DNA from: Telmatocola sphagniphila
GTDB taxonomy: Bacteria > Planctomycetota > Planctomycetia > Gemmatales > Gemmataceae
DNA: 32,000 bases
Assembly: GCF_018398935.1 (NCBI RefSeq)
Contig: NZ_CP074694.1
Location: 4,590,001 to 4,622,000 of the forward strand
Direction of reading: 5' to 3'
Shown: in pieces, positions 8,330 to 17,000 of the stretch
How positions within the stretch are numbered: position 1 is the first letter of the stretch
How the letters are laid out: the number at the start of each line of letters is the position of its first letter
Position numbers and translations under genes: made by a program
Notes under the pieces: generated by a model
Databases searched by the model: none
What the model saw: only the letters and a program-made list of their open reading frames with translations
What the model was told of the DNA's origin: nothing

Positions 8330-10208
8330 TCGGGCAGTTTTGGTTCTGGCCGTCCTGGTCCCGTTCGGTACCGGCTTCGTTTTTTTGATTCGGTTATTAC
8401 CGCCGCCCTTGGTTTTGTTCTTCCTGATTTGTTCGGTCGTTCGACTCAAACGGGTCAGCCCCAGTCTCTGGGCGATGGGGACTGCAAGATGGTCGAACCA
8501 TCAAGACCATCAGCGAGCCGGAATGCTCGAGCCCAACGGCGGGATCATCCTGGGTCGCAGTAGTACCAGTCGTTCACCGCCGCTGCGGGAGGCCATCCGG
8601 GGATTATTCGATCCCTACCTCGATGACGAAACGGCTGTGAATCGGGTGTTGCCGCTCGGACGCAAACGGTGGCAAGTCGAGAGCCAGAACACCTGGGTGC
8701 GAATGCCTCGCTGGGTTCCGCACACCGTAATTTTTGCACCAACGGGCGCTGGCAAAAATGTGTCCATCGCTTCGCCCTTCCTGTTGACCTGCCCCGACAG
8801 TTGCGTCGTGGTCGACTACAAGGGGGAGTTGGCCCGAGACCTAGCGGAATTTCGGAGAAGGCGATTTGGGCATCGGGTGGTTTTGCTGGATCCTTGGCGA
8901 CTCTGCACCGATCAGCCGGACATGCTCAATCCGCTCGATTTTTTCGACGGGCAAGATCCGGAGGTTTTGCAGGAGGCTCTCGACCTGGCCGAGGCCTTGG
9001 TGATACGGACCGGCAAAGAGCATGATCCCCACTGGGCCGATTCGGCCGAGGTGCTCCTGACCGCTCTGATCGTGGCGGTGGCCTTCTTTGCCCCGGAAGC
9101 GGAACGGAATCTCCAAAGCGTTCGCGAACGCTTGATCGATCCGGAGAAGTTTCAAAGTGCGATCCAGGCTTTGTGTGCCTCGGACGCTCTGGGGGGTCGA
9201 TTGCGGCGGTTTGGCCATCAGATGATGGCCTATCGGGATAAGGAGCTGGGATCGGTACTGACAACGGCGAATCGAAGCCTTCGCTTCTTGGATTCCCCGG
9301 CGGTTGGGGAGAGCATGCGGGTGTCGAGTTTTGACCCCGCAGAAATCCGCGAGCGGACAACGGCGTTTTTGATTTTACCGCCAACACATCAGAGGACGCA
9401 ATCGCCTTTGATGCGTTGCTGGCTGACCTGCCTGATACGGGCGGTGGTGAAAGGAGGTTTGCAGGAGAAAAATTTCGTCCACTTTGTTTTGGATGAAAGT
9501 TCGTCCTTAGGACGGATGGACATCTTGATTGACGCGGTCGAAAAATTTCGGGGCTATGGACTGAAATTGCAGTTCTATCTGCAGTCGCTGGGCCAGCTTA
9601 GGCAGCACTATCCGGACGGTTTGGATCTCACGATTTTGTCGAACACGGCGCAGATTTTTTTCGGAATTAACGAGCCGACCACGGCTGATTTTGTGAGTTC
9701 GCGACTCGGGGATGCGACCATCTGGGTGGAGAGCCAAGGCGATGGCGAGGGGAATGGAGTCTCCTCGGGCCGGGGGGGCGTGGAAGGCCGCAACCGAACG
9801 TTCAACACGAGCCGGAACTTCAACCAGCAGTCGAGACGGCTGGCCCGACCGGATGAGCTGATGCGATGGTCGAATCGGATGGCGGTGACTTTTGTGCCCG
9901 GGCTGCCGCCGATTAAGACTCGATTGCTGCGCAGCTACGAGGAGTTGGAATTGTACGAACCTCGCCCTCCTCGGAAGTATGCGAAGTGGCCGTTGGTAGC
10001 GCAGTCGTTAGCGACGTTAATTGCTTCCATCGTGATGGTGGCCTTTGTGGTCGATGTGCTGACTGACAATCAGCCTCGCACCTATCGGACCCGGACGATG
10101 ATGCCCACGGAAGCCAAAAAAGCCGCTTTGCCGAATCAGAAGACCGGCCAAGCACTCAAGGGCGGGAATACTTCCCGACCCGTATCGCCGAAGTCTTCGA
10201 AACGCTAG
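8292..10208 (+). CDS. Type IV secretion coupling protein (VirD4/TraG/TraD family)
   Basis: Two N-terminal hydrophobic segments are present. The Walker A is FAPTGAGKNVS. The Walker B region FVLDESSSLGRMDILIDAVEKFRGYGLKLQFYLQSLGQL is typical of T4CPs. The start is ambiguous (GTG 8241 or ATG 8292) and overlaps the end of the ParB-like gene. Confidence 0.85.
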   Translation: MKIGRRILIAKFNRAVLVLAVLVPFGTGFVFLIRLLPPPLVLFFLICSVVRLKRVSPSLWAMGTARWSNHQDHQRAGMLEPNGGIILGRSSTSRSPPLREAIRGLFDPYLDDETAVNRVLPLGRKRWQVESQNTWVRMPRWVPHTVIFAPTGAGKNVSIASPFLLTCPDSCVVVDYKGELARDLAEFRRRRFGHRVVLLDPWRLCTDQPDMLNPLDFFDGQDPEVLQEALDLAEALVIRTGKEHDPHWADSAEVLLTALIVAVAFFAPEAERNLQSVRERLIDPEKFQSAIQALCASDALGGRLRRFGHQMMAYRDKELGSVLTTANRSLRFLDSPAVGESMRVSSFDPAEIRERTTAFLILPPTHQRTQSPLMRCWLTCLIRAVVKGGLQEKNFVHFVLDESSSLGRMDILIDAVEKFRGYGLKLQFYLQSLGQLRQHYPDGLDLTILSNTAQIFFGINEPTTADFVSSRLGDATIWVESQGDGEGNGVSSGRGGVEGRNRTFNTSRNFNQQSRRLARPDELMRWSNRMAVTFVPGLPPIKTRLLRSYEELELYEPRPPRKYAKWPLVAQSLATLIASIVMVAFVVDVLTDNQPRTYRTRTMMPTEAKKAALPNQKTGQALKGGNTSRPVSPKSSKR

Positions 10209-10217
10209 AGGAGAGAA

Positions 10218-10496
10218 ATGTCGAGACAAAATCGCGAGCGGATCGCCGCTCTGGGGGAAAAGGAAGAAAAGCCTTTCGATTGGAAGGCGATTTTCGAACG
10301 CTTTGTTCGAGAAGTGGATGCCGAATTCCGACGCCTCGGCTCACATGGAGCTTCGGAATTGGCAGCCAGTTTGTACACCGGTTCAGCGTTTGTTCTTTAC
10401 GGTAAGGAACGCGAACAGCTCAACGAGGTTTCGCGGATCAACGAGCAGTTCCGCGAGATCGAACGCCAGCAAGAGGAATTGCAGCGTGGTCTTTAA
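10218..10496 (+). CDS. Hypothetical coiled-coil protein
   Basis: The ATG is preceded by GAGGAG. The composition is charged and helical (EQFREIERQQEELQ). Confidence 0.5.
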   Translation: MSRQNRERIAALGEKEEKPFDWKAIFERFVREVDAEFRRLGSHGASELAASLYTGSAFVLYGKEREQLNEVSRINEQFREIERQQEELQRGL

Positions 10497-10557
10497 CTGG
10501 GGATGGGATTCACACGCGGGGTGTGATGAACATAGTTTCTTTTTGGGGGATAGTTCA

Positions 10558-10776
10558 ATGCGTTTTCCGATTGTGCCTTTGATTAGTACGGTCTGTGCGG
10601 CATTGGGTCTGGGCGGACTCTACTGGTACTACCAGCTGAGTAAAGAAGAGCAGCAAGAGGCGGATCGAATCGCCATGGGCTACGCCCGTAGCCTTTACAA
10701 CAAGACGGTCGAGGAGCTGACCTCCAGCGAGATCGACAAGATCCGGGCTCTCACCAAGAGCCACTTCAGCGCCTAA
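10558..10776 (+). CDS. Small single-TM membrane protein
   Basis: The ATG follows a GGGGGA motif. The hydrophobic N-terminus is IVPLISTVCAALGLGGLYWYY. A hairpin (about 10808-10826) lies downstream. Confidence 0.5.
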   Translation: MRFPIVPLISTVCAALGLGGLYWYYQLSKEEQQEADRIAMGYARSLYNKTVEELTSSEIDKIRALTKSHFSA

Positions 10777-10918
10777 TGCTCAGGCGCTGATCGTCAACCT
10801 TCGGGCTCCAGGGGTTCAAAGCCCCTTGGGCCTTCTTCCACAAACAATCTTCGTAGCAGCGGTGCTGGATCTCTTCCGATGAGGGACTTTCCGGCCTGCT
10901 TTCTGGGAAAGGGGTTTT

Positions 10919-11191
10919 ATGGTTATTGCATCCGTTCATTTGGACACTGAACAGCCAGGGAGAACCTTACGCGAAACCAAGATCGAGATCGCCTGCTCCG
11001 GAGCGAACGTGGCGATGGATTATCTGGAGGGGGACTATACCCCGCAACAGCGGAAGGAAATCCGCCGAGCGATTCGGCGGGGAATCCTGAACGGGATCTT
11101 TGTCTATAGCGATCTCCTGCGGGCGCGAGCCCAGGAATCGGCGAACACCTATTCGGTCTGCCGTTTGGGACTGGGAGGTGATAATGACTAG
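10919..11191 (+). CDS. Hypothetical protein
   Basis: The ORF has an 8-nt overlap with the downstream excisionase-like gene. No recognised motif. Confidence 0.4.
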   Translation: MVIASVHLDTEQPGRTLRETKIEIACSGANVAMDYLEGDYTPQQRKEIRRAIRRGILNGIFVYSDLLRARAQESANTYSVCRLGLGGDND

Positions 11192-11471
11192 TGCGGAGCC
11201 ATTGCTCTCGCAGATCCTCGAGCGGCTCGATCAGTTGCAAATCGGCCTCGATCAACTGGTCGAACGCGAGAAGATCAAAGAGTGGTACACCACCGAAGAA
11301 CTGGCCAAAGTCGTCGGCAAGGCGGAATTTACCGTCCGCGAGTGGTGTCGGCTGGGTCGCATCAAAGCCCAGAAGCGACAGAGTGGCCGGGGCAAGTTCC
11401 TGGCTTGGGTGGTCTCGCACGAGGAGCTTCTGCGATTCCAGCGGGAGGGGTTGCTGCCTCTGAAGAACTGA
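11184..11471 (+). CDS. Excisionase-family / MerR-like HTH DNA-binding protein
   Basis: EWYTTEELAKVVGKAEFTVREWCRLGRIKAQK matches the excisionase-family HTH pattern. It is the last gene before the compositional break. Confidence 0.65.
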   Translation: MTSAEPLLSQILERLDQLQIGLDQLVEREKIKEWYTTEELAKVVGKAEFTVREWCRLGRIKAQKRQSGRGKFLAWVVSHEELLRFQREGLLPLKN

Positions 11472-11506
11472 CTTGTGGTTCACTTTTTTCCATTCTATGT
11501 GTCGCA

Positions 11507-11545
11507 TCCTTCTACACATTCACATATCCCGAATGTGTAGAAGGA
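11507..11545. repeat. Perfect 15-bp inverted repeat (9-nt loop) at the element/island junction
   Basis: TCCTTCTACACATTC-acatatccc-GAATGTGTAGAAGGA, read directly. It lies 36 nt after the excisionase-like stop, and no U-tract follows. Confidence 0.7.
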
Positions 11546-12538
11546 GAATGCGCTTACGCGTGACGAATCTGCCAGTGAACCAGCTTCTATCAATATCTTC
11601 AGCCATTTTTGGGCAAAATTCCTGCGGGGTAGTGAAAATTGCTCTCTTCCCTGGTTTTCATTACCAACGTACATCGCTTAGAGATTTTCGAATTCGGTTA
11701 ACTCTACCTTTACGGGCGCAAGAGAGATGTTGCTGACTTACAACGAGACGAAAAATCCGAACCAGACAAGATCGTAATTAGGCTTAGGCTGAACTACTGC
11801 TTCTCCAGTAGCCAACTTCGTTTCAATTGATTCAAAAAATGCAGAAATCGTCGAATATTTTGAACTTAAGGCAAGTTATTCATCCAAGTGAGAGGTAGCG
11901 GTGTGAAATTCCTAATGCTCAGCTCAAAAGCTCGAGTCGCGATTTTAAAGGCAAATTAATAAAACTATTGGTTGACGATGAAGTCGAAAATAATTATAAA
12001 TTTGTTTGATTGTAAGCAGTATTTCTCACATGGGTTCCAACCCCCAAAAGGAACATTATCGTGATTGAGGCACCTTTGGTCGGATCATTTCTTCAGGAAA
12101 AATCGACGTCAGAAATATTTTTCGCATCCGTCTATTTCAATTTTCCAGATCTAAATGACCAAGCTCTGACGATTCCAACTTACTATGAACTGTTGGCGAT
12201 ACTAGAAACGAGGGCTCAGTAGCTGAGGACGTTTGGTTTTTCTTCTAATTTTTAAGGGAAATGCTACAAGCTATGGTGAACGCGACGTGTGAGGATTTTA
12301 ATAATCGTATTCAGAAGAACCAATTGGTAAACCATCTATTTCCTCGAGTTCAATACTTATCATAATCTCAGATTGTTCCACTGCTACTAACTCTATATTC
12401 TTGGTGGGAGATTTTTCCATTAAAACACAAGATGTATATTATCTTTAGTATTTTTTTCTAGAACCGCTTATCATGACTAGATTTAAAAAGATGCCATCTT
12501 TCGTTCTCTTTTCCTGAACTGAACACTGAGTGAACTTA

Positions 12539-14065
12539 ATGGATACACCTAGCCTAATTTTGCCCTGGGATATAGTTAAACACTCACTTTGTTCAAGTGA
12601 ATTTACTCTGCGCCTAAGGTTAGAAGACTTGGGGAATTCCGATGCGGGTTTGACTAAATGGCTAGAATCTTATAAACGATCAAACTCAAATGAGTCGTCT
12701 TTACCTTCAAATGATCCACGATCCTGGAAAATATATTCTCACGATACAGAGTTGAAAATTATTATTAACGATTCTGGAAATAGTTATGAATCTCATGGTA
12801 GGGCTATCTTCACTCGAATGCGTTGTGGTGAGCAGGTCAGCTTGACCTATCGCCATCTTGGCAAACCAATAATAGTGTCCGATAAGAGAATTTACTTCTT
12901 GCCAAAGAAAATTGATACTAATACTAGGAAATTGATAGAACAACAAATAGAGAATAATGATCTTGAAGCAGAAAATTCGCTAAAAGATCTGACCGCAAAA
13001 TTTAAGCAGCTCGATGATATCGAAGTAGATAACGACATTATAAACCTATTCAATTATCTGAGTTCTCAACCAAAATGCGAAGATGATTATCTACTAAGTT
13101 TTGCTGAATTGCACAACTTCGTTTTTCGACGGCTCCAATCGCGAGGAGATCAAACACTTCCACAGGGACTTTTAATTATCTCAGGAGCCACAAAGTCTGG
13201 TAAAAGTGAGATGTCTCGGGCTCTGATCGCAAGGTGGCTGATACAAGCTCGGTGTGAAAAAAAAGGGTCAGGCTTTCGAAATCCCCATCTACTTACAATT
13301 GAAGATCCGATCGAGAAGCCTCTGTTTAATGAAAAACACACAGATGAAAGTCTCTATCAAAAATACGGGATAGATTACACACCACGACTCATAGGGGTAG
13401 ATTGTGCAAGCGTAAGAAATGTGCTGAATGATGCTCTAAGGCAAACCCCTTCCATCGTTTACATTGGCGAAGTGCGCGGTGGCGATGATTGGAGTGCGAT
13501 TCTCGACTTCGCCGCAACCGGCCATTTCGTTGTTGCCACTGCTCATGCGTCGAGTTTAACCGAAACATTTTTAAGAGTTTTTAATGCGATCGGGGTAAAA
13601 AAACCATCTGATTTCATACAGTATGCACAACGTATTTTTGGTATTGTGAGTTTACGCTCAATTTCTGCAATCGATTTCAAGTCTGGGATTTATCGCTCCG
13701 AGGGCAAGAAAGAATCGACTGTAAAGAAGCTAGGTAATTCTGTTATCGTGCCTTCCTTGTGGCGTAATACTAACGAGGCGATCGCCAAACTTGCAGGCGA
13801 TGGATTAGCATCGCTCTTGCCCTTTAGGCATGGAGTGCCAAATGATTGGACTAAAGCGACCGCATTGTCCGGTACCCAGGGTCGAGCGAGCTGTCTCGAG
13901 TGGTTACTGGCATACCATCTATCTAATGAACCGATGAAATCTTGGATTTACTCGAATAAAGAAAATCTCAATTCTGTTACAAATTTTTCTAAGGAAGAAC
14001 TTAAAATAATCTTAGCATCTCAATGGCTCAGAAGAGCCATTGCGCTTGACCTCGAAGGAACTTAG
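12539..14065 (+). CDS. PilT/VirB11/FlaI-family (type II/IV secretion-type) hexameric ATPase with a unique ~210-aa N-terminal domain
   Basis: The Walker A is GATKSGKS (nt 13184-13207). The Asp-box-like motif is HLLTIEDPIEKPL. The Walker B region is LRQTPSIVYIGEVRGGDDW. The His-box-like motif is GHFVVATAHASS. The start is GTG 12530 or ATG 12539. Confidence 0.8.
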   Translation: MDTPSLILPWDIVKHSLCSSEFTLRLRLEDLGNSDAGLTKWLESYKRSNSNESSLPSNDPRSWKIYSHDTELKIIINDSGNSYESHGRAIFTRMRCGEQVSLTYRHLGKPIIVSDKRIYFLPKKIDTNTRKLIEQQIENNDLEAENSLKDLTAKFKQLDDIEVDNDIINLFNYLSSQPKCEDDYLLSFAELHNFVFRRLQSRGDQTLPQGLLIISGATKSGKSEMSRALIARWLIQARCEKKGSGFRNPHLLTIEDPIEKPLFNEKHTDESLYQKYGIDYTPRLIGVDCASVRNVLNDALRQTPSIVYIGEVRGGDDWSAILDFAATGHFVVATAHASSLTETFLRVFNAIGVKKPSDFIQYAQRIFGIVSLRSISAIDFKSGIYRSEGKKESTVKKLGNSVIVPSLWRNTNEAIAKLAGDGLASLLPFRHGVPNDWTKATALSGTQGRASCLEWLLAYHLSNEPMKSWIYSNKENLNSVTNFSKEELKIILASQWLRRAIALDLEGT

Positions 14066-14069
14066 GCAC

Positions 14070-17000
14070 ATGGCAATTAACGAGCGAAAAAGCAGTAGAT
14101 TGAGATTCGGGATTTACGAACTTGATTATCTCTTGAATAAGGACAATCGTTGTGTTTTTGCTGAGTCGGTGACGGCGATGAATTCTCAAGAAGACCTCCC
14201 ACCGGAACCTAAAGAAGTTCACTCAACAGCCCCAGACACCAAACCTGCACTAGGATGTCTTGAGATTGAGGCCGTGAACTCGGGATGCATGAGCCTCTGC
14301 ATCTTAGGACCCGATGGGACTGGCAAATCCCTTTTGGCTTTACACCTCGCTAACCATTACTTGGTTGATGCTAAAACAATTGGAAATTGCCAGCCTTTGG
14401 CGCTCTATTTCTCGACGGATCTCTCTCAGTCCCAAGCTGAGACTTCGTGGAAAGCATTTGCTCTGGACAATCCTCAACTCAGGTGGGAAGAGCTACCATC
14501 CTTTGCTAAAGGATCGGACGGTGAAAAACCTACACTGAACAACATTGGGTTTCGCGGGGTGAAACCATTTCTAGAGCACGACGGATCTCATAACAGCCTC
14601 CTAAGCTCACTTTGTGTGGGGAATCTGCCTTCCGATCCTATTGAGTTGTTTTTTTTAGACAGTCAGGCTAAACCATGCGGCGATGACTGGCTATATTTGA
14701 GTCGTTTTATAAGTACTTTACCTCTTCCCTCAGGTGACAGTTGGCCCCATCTTTTATTGATTGATGCAGTCGAAGGGTTAGAACCCGCTTTCGGTCGTCG
14801 TGATATATTCGGGCATGAGTCGGCAGGCCGAACTCGTCTAGCGCAATTGATTCGTGCGGCTCGAGAAAAGTGTCATATTGTATATGTTGTCGAGGAGCCA
14901 AGGCCAGGAGAGACTCTAGATACGCAATATGTTACAGACGTCGTAATTCGTCTGACAGTTGAAAAGACGGGTAATTATTCTCATCGAACAATTGAGGTCG
15001 AAAAAGCCAGAGGTGCTCAGCACATTCGCGGACAGCACGATTTTGCGATTCGATCTGGTGTTGGCTCTGCAACGGGTGAGCAGGTGAATGCAGACGATCC
15101 TAAAGTTCCTCGGCTCAAAAATACTCATAGAGAAAATATCGCTTACATGCATGTAATGCGATCACTACATTCAATGAGTAGACAGGTGCTCGAATTACCC
15201 TCAGGAGAAACGCCTGACATCAACCCAAGACGAGACAAAGTTTATGGGTTTGGGATCAAATATCTGGATAGCCTTCTTCCAAGAGTCGAGAGTAGTCAGG
15301 GAGACGAAAGAACAAATGGCTTGATCGGCGGTACGGCCTCAGCTCTCATTGGACCTTTAACCACACACAAGAGTCGTCTAGCGCGAGCGTTTTTAGCTCA
15401 AGTTTTGCCCGATGGTCTGGATGATTATCTTGAATCGCTTGAATCCGGGAAGCAACCTTCACTAAAGCCCACTATCAAAGAACTAGGAGTATTAATCTCG
15501 ACTCAAAGAGTGGACCGATCTGTACTTTTCCGAACTGCATGGCAGCATCGTTTTGGTAAACCATTTGCAGCGAAAGACACTGCGCAAGCCGTCCGACATA
15601 CAACGAAATTGATCGAAGATAATTTGTGTCCGTTTATCGTACGCAGGCTTGAAGTTCATCGCTATTCGTCGCAAGGGATAGTACATGTAATCAAAGAGTC
15701 CATTCAAAGTGCTCAGCAGCAATTACTCAATCTTAGTGATCCATCAGGGAACTTATATAAAGTTGAGGTAAAAGAGAAACACGGAACAACGAAGACACGC
15801 GAAATTTGTCGTAATATAAGATTTGTGTTCGATGATTGGCATGTCTTTCAAGATACTTTTCCCGAAGCTGCGCAAGATCCCATGCTGCTACCACACATTT
15901 TTCACTTCCTTAGTCGCCAAGGCATCACGGCACTTTTTCTCGACACTGAACCTGGCATTCCATTAATGCCGGACGCACATTCTGATGTTACGCTCCGAGC
16001 TTTGGCTTCAAGACACTTATATACATGGCTTGTGCCATTTTACGGAGAACGAAGGATTGCAATAACGACAACACCTCCTGCTGCATCAGGAGTACCTTCC
16101 CCAATATTCGAACTTAGGCCACGTAGAGTCGAGCAAAGTACACAGTTTGAAGACGAACAATTGATTGTTGATCCTCACTTTGAAATGTACACAGGCTTGG
16201 AATCTTCAGATATCAAAAGAGTAGCACTAAAAGTGATCCTTTATAACGGTGCAAAGAAAAAGTCCGACGAGGAGCCTATTGAAGGAGAGTACATCACAAC
16301 AATTCGCCAACTGATGAGTGACCTATTCGGGAATGAGGATCACTCGACACTCGAAACGGTCGACAGTGCAGGATACGATCGGATGCGGGATTACGTCTAT
16401 CTGCAAGATGGAACTCGCCTAGATCATACTTTAGTTATGCAAGTTGATGAATTCTGGTCGGAGAGCATCCCGTCGTTAGCAGACTTGACAGATTATATGA
16501 ATGATGAAACCGACATCAATGAAAAAGAATTAAGTGATATTGAAGATCCATCTCGGCTTCGTAGGGGACAGAGGAGTCGATTGGAGGTATTTAATGTTGT
16601 CACAAAAAAATTTAAGAATGACTACAATTTGTATTTCAACAAAGAGAAAAAACCACTTCGAATAGACAAGGTTCCATTTCTTTGGGATTTTGGCTTCTTA
16701 TTAGCAAATCGTGAGCAGTGGCTCTCCATAGCAAAATCGCAACCAAACTCATCAGAGATTTGGTCGGCTCTTTCGGTATTTGAACTCAATTCAGGTGAAT
16801 ATCATAAAAAACTGGGATCAGAGAAAGACAGATATATTAGTTGGTATCAGTTCTTCGGCATATGTGAACTCGCTCGGAGTCGAGGATATATCCCTTTTGA
16901 TATCGACTTGCAAACATCAGAAGTTCTCTCCTGTTTAGTCCTTGAAGTTTGGTGCTCGATTTTGCTCGATTTGCGTATAAAACTGCCAGATCAGATACTT

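Larger units (their letters stand above)
635..11545. mobile_element. Probable degraded integrative/mobilisable element (TA module, tyrosine integrase, ParB-like, T4 coupling protein, excisionase-like HTH). Boundaries are approximate.
   Basis: Hallmark mobile-element genes co-occur. The right edge coincides with a perfect hairpin and an abrupt drop in GC (judged by eye). The left flank 1-634 is AT-rich and ORF-free. No att repeats could be identified by eye. Confidence 0.5.

Noticed and set aside
8669-9387. Several 118-153-aa ORFs on both strands inside the coupling-protein gene
   Set aside because: These are alternative-frame ORFs, which are typical of GC-rich coding sequence. They are Arg/Pro/Gly-rich, and the T4CP frame carries Walker A and B motifs.
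10766-10830. tRNA-like hairpins (CGCCT-AATGCTC-AGGCG, and AGGGG-TTCAAAG-CCCCT resembling a T-arm)
   Set aside because: The putative anticodon loop has A rather than U at position 33. No acceptor or D-arm can be formed and the spacing is wrong. These are more likely terminator hairpins after the 10558-10776 gene.
11473-11736. 87-aa plus-strand ORF spanning the junction hairpin
   Set aside because: It is Cys/Arg/Leu-rich with no start context, and it crosses a perfect hairpin and the compositional boundary. It is unlikely to be coding.
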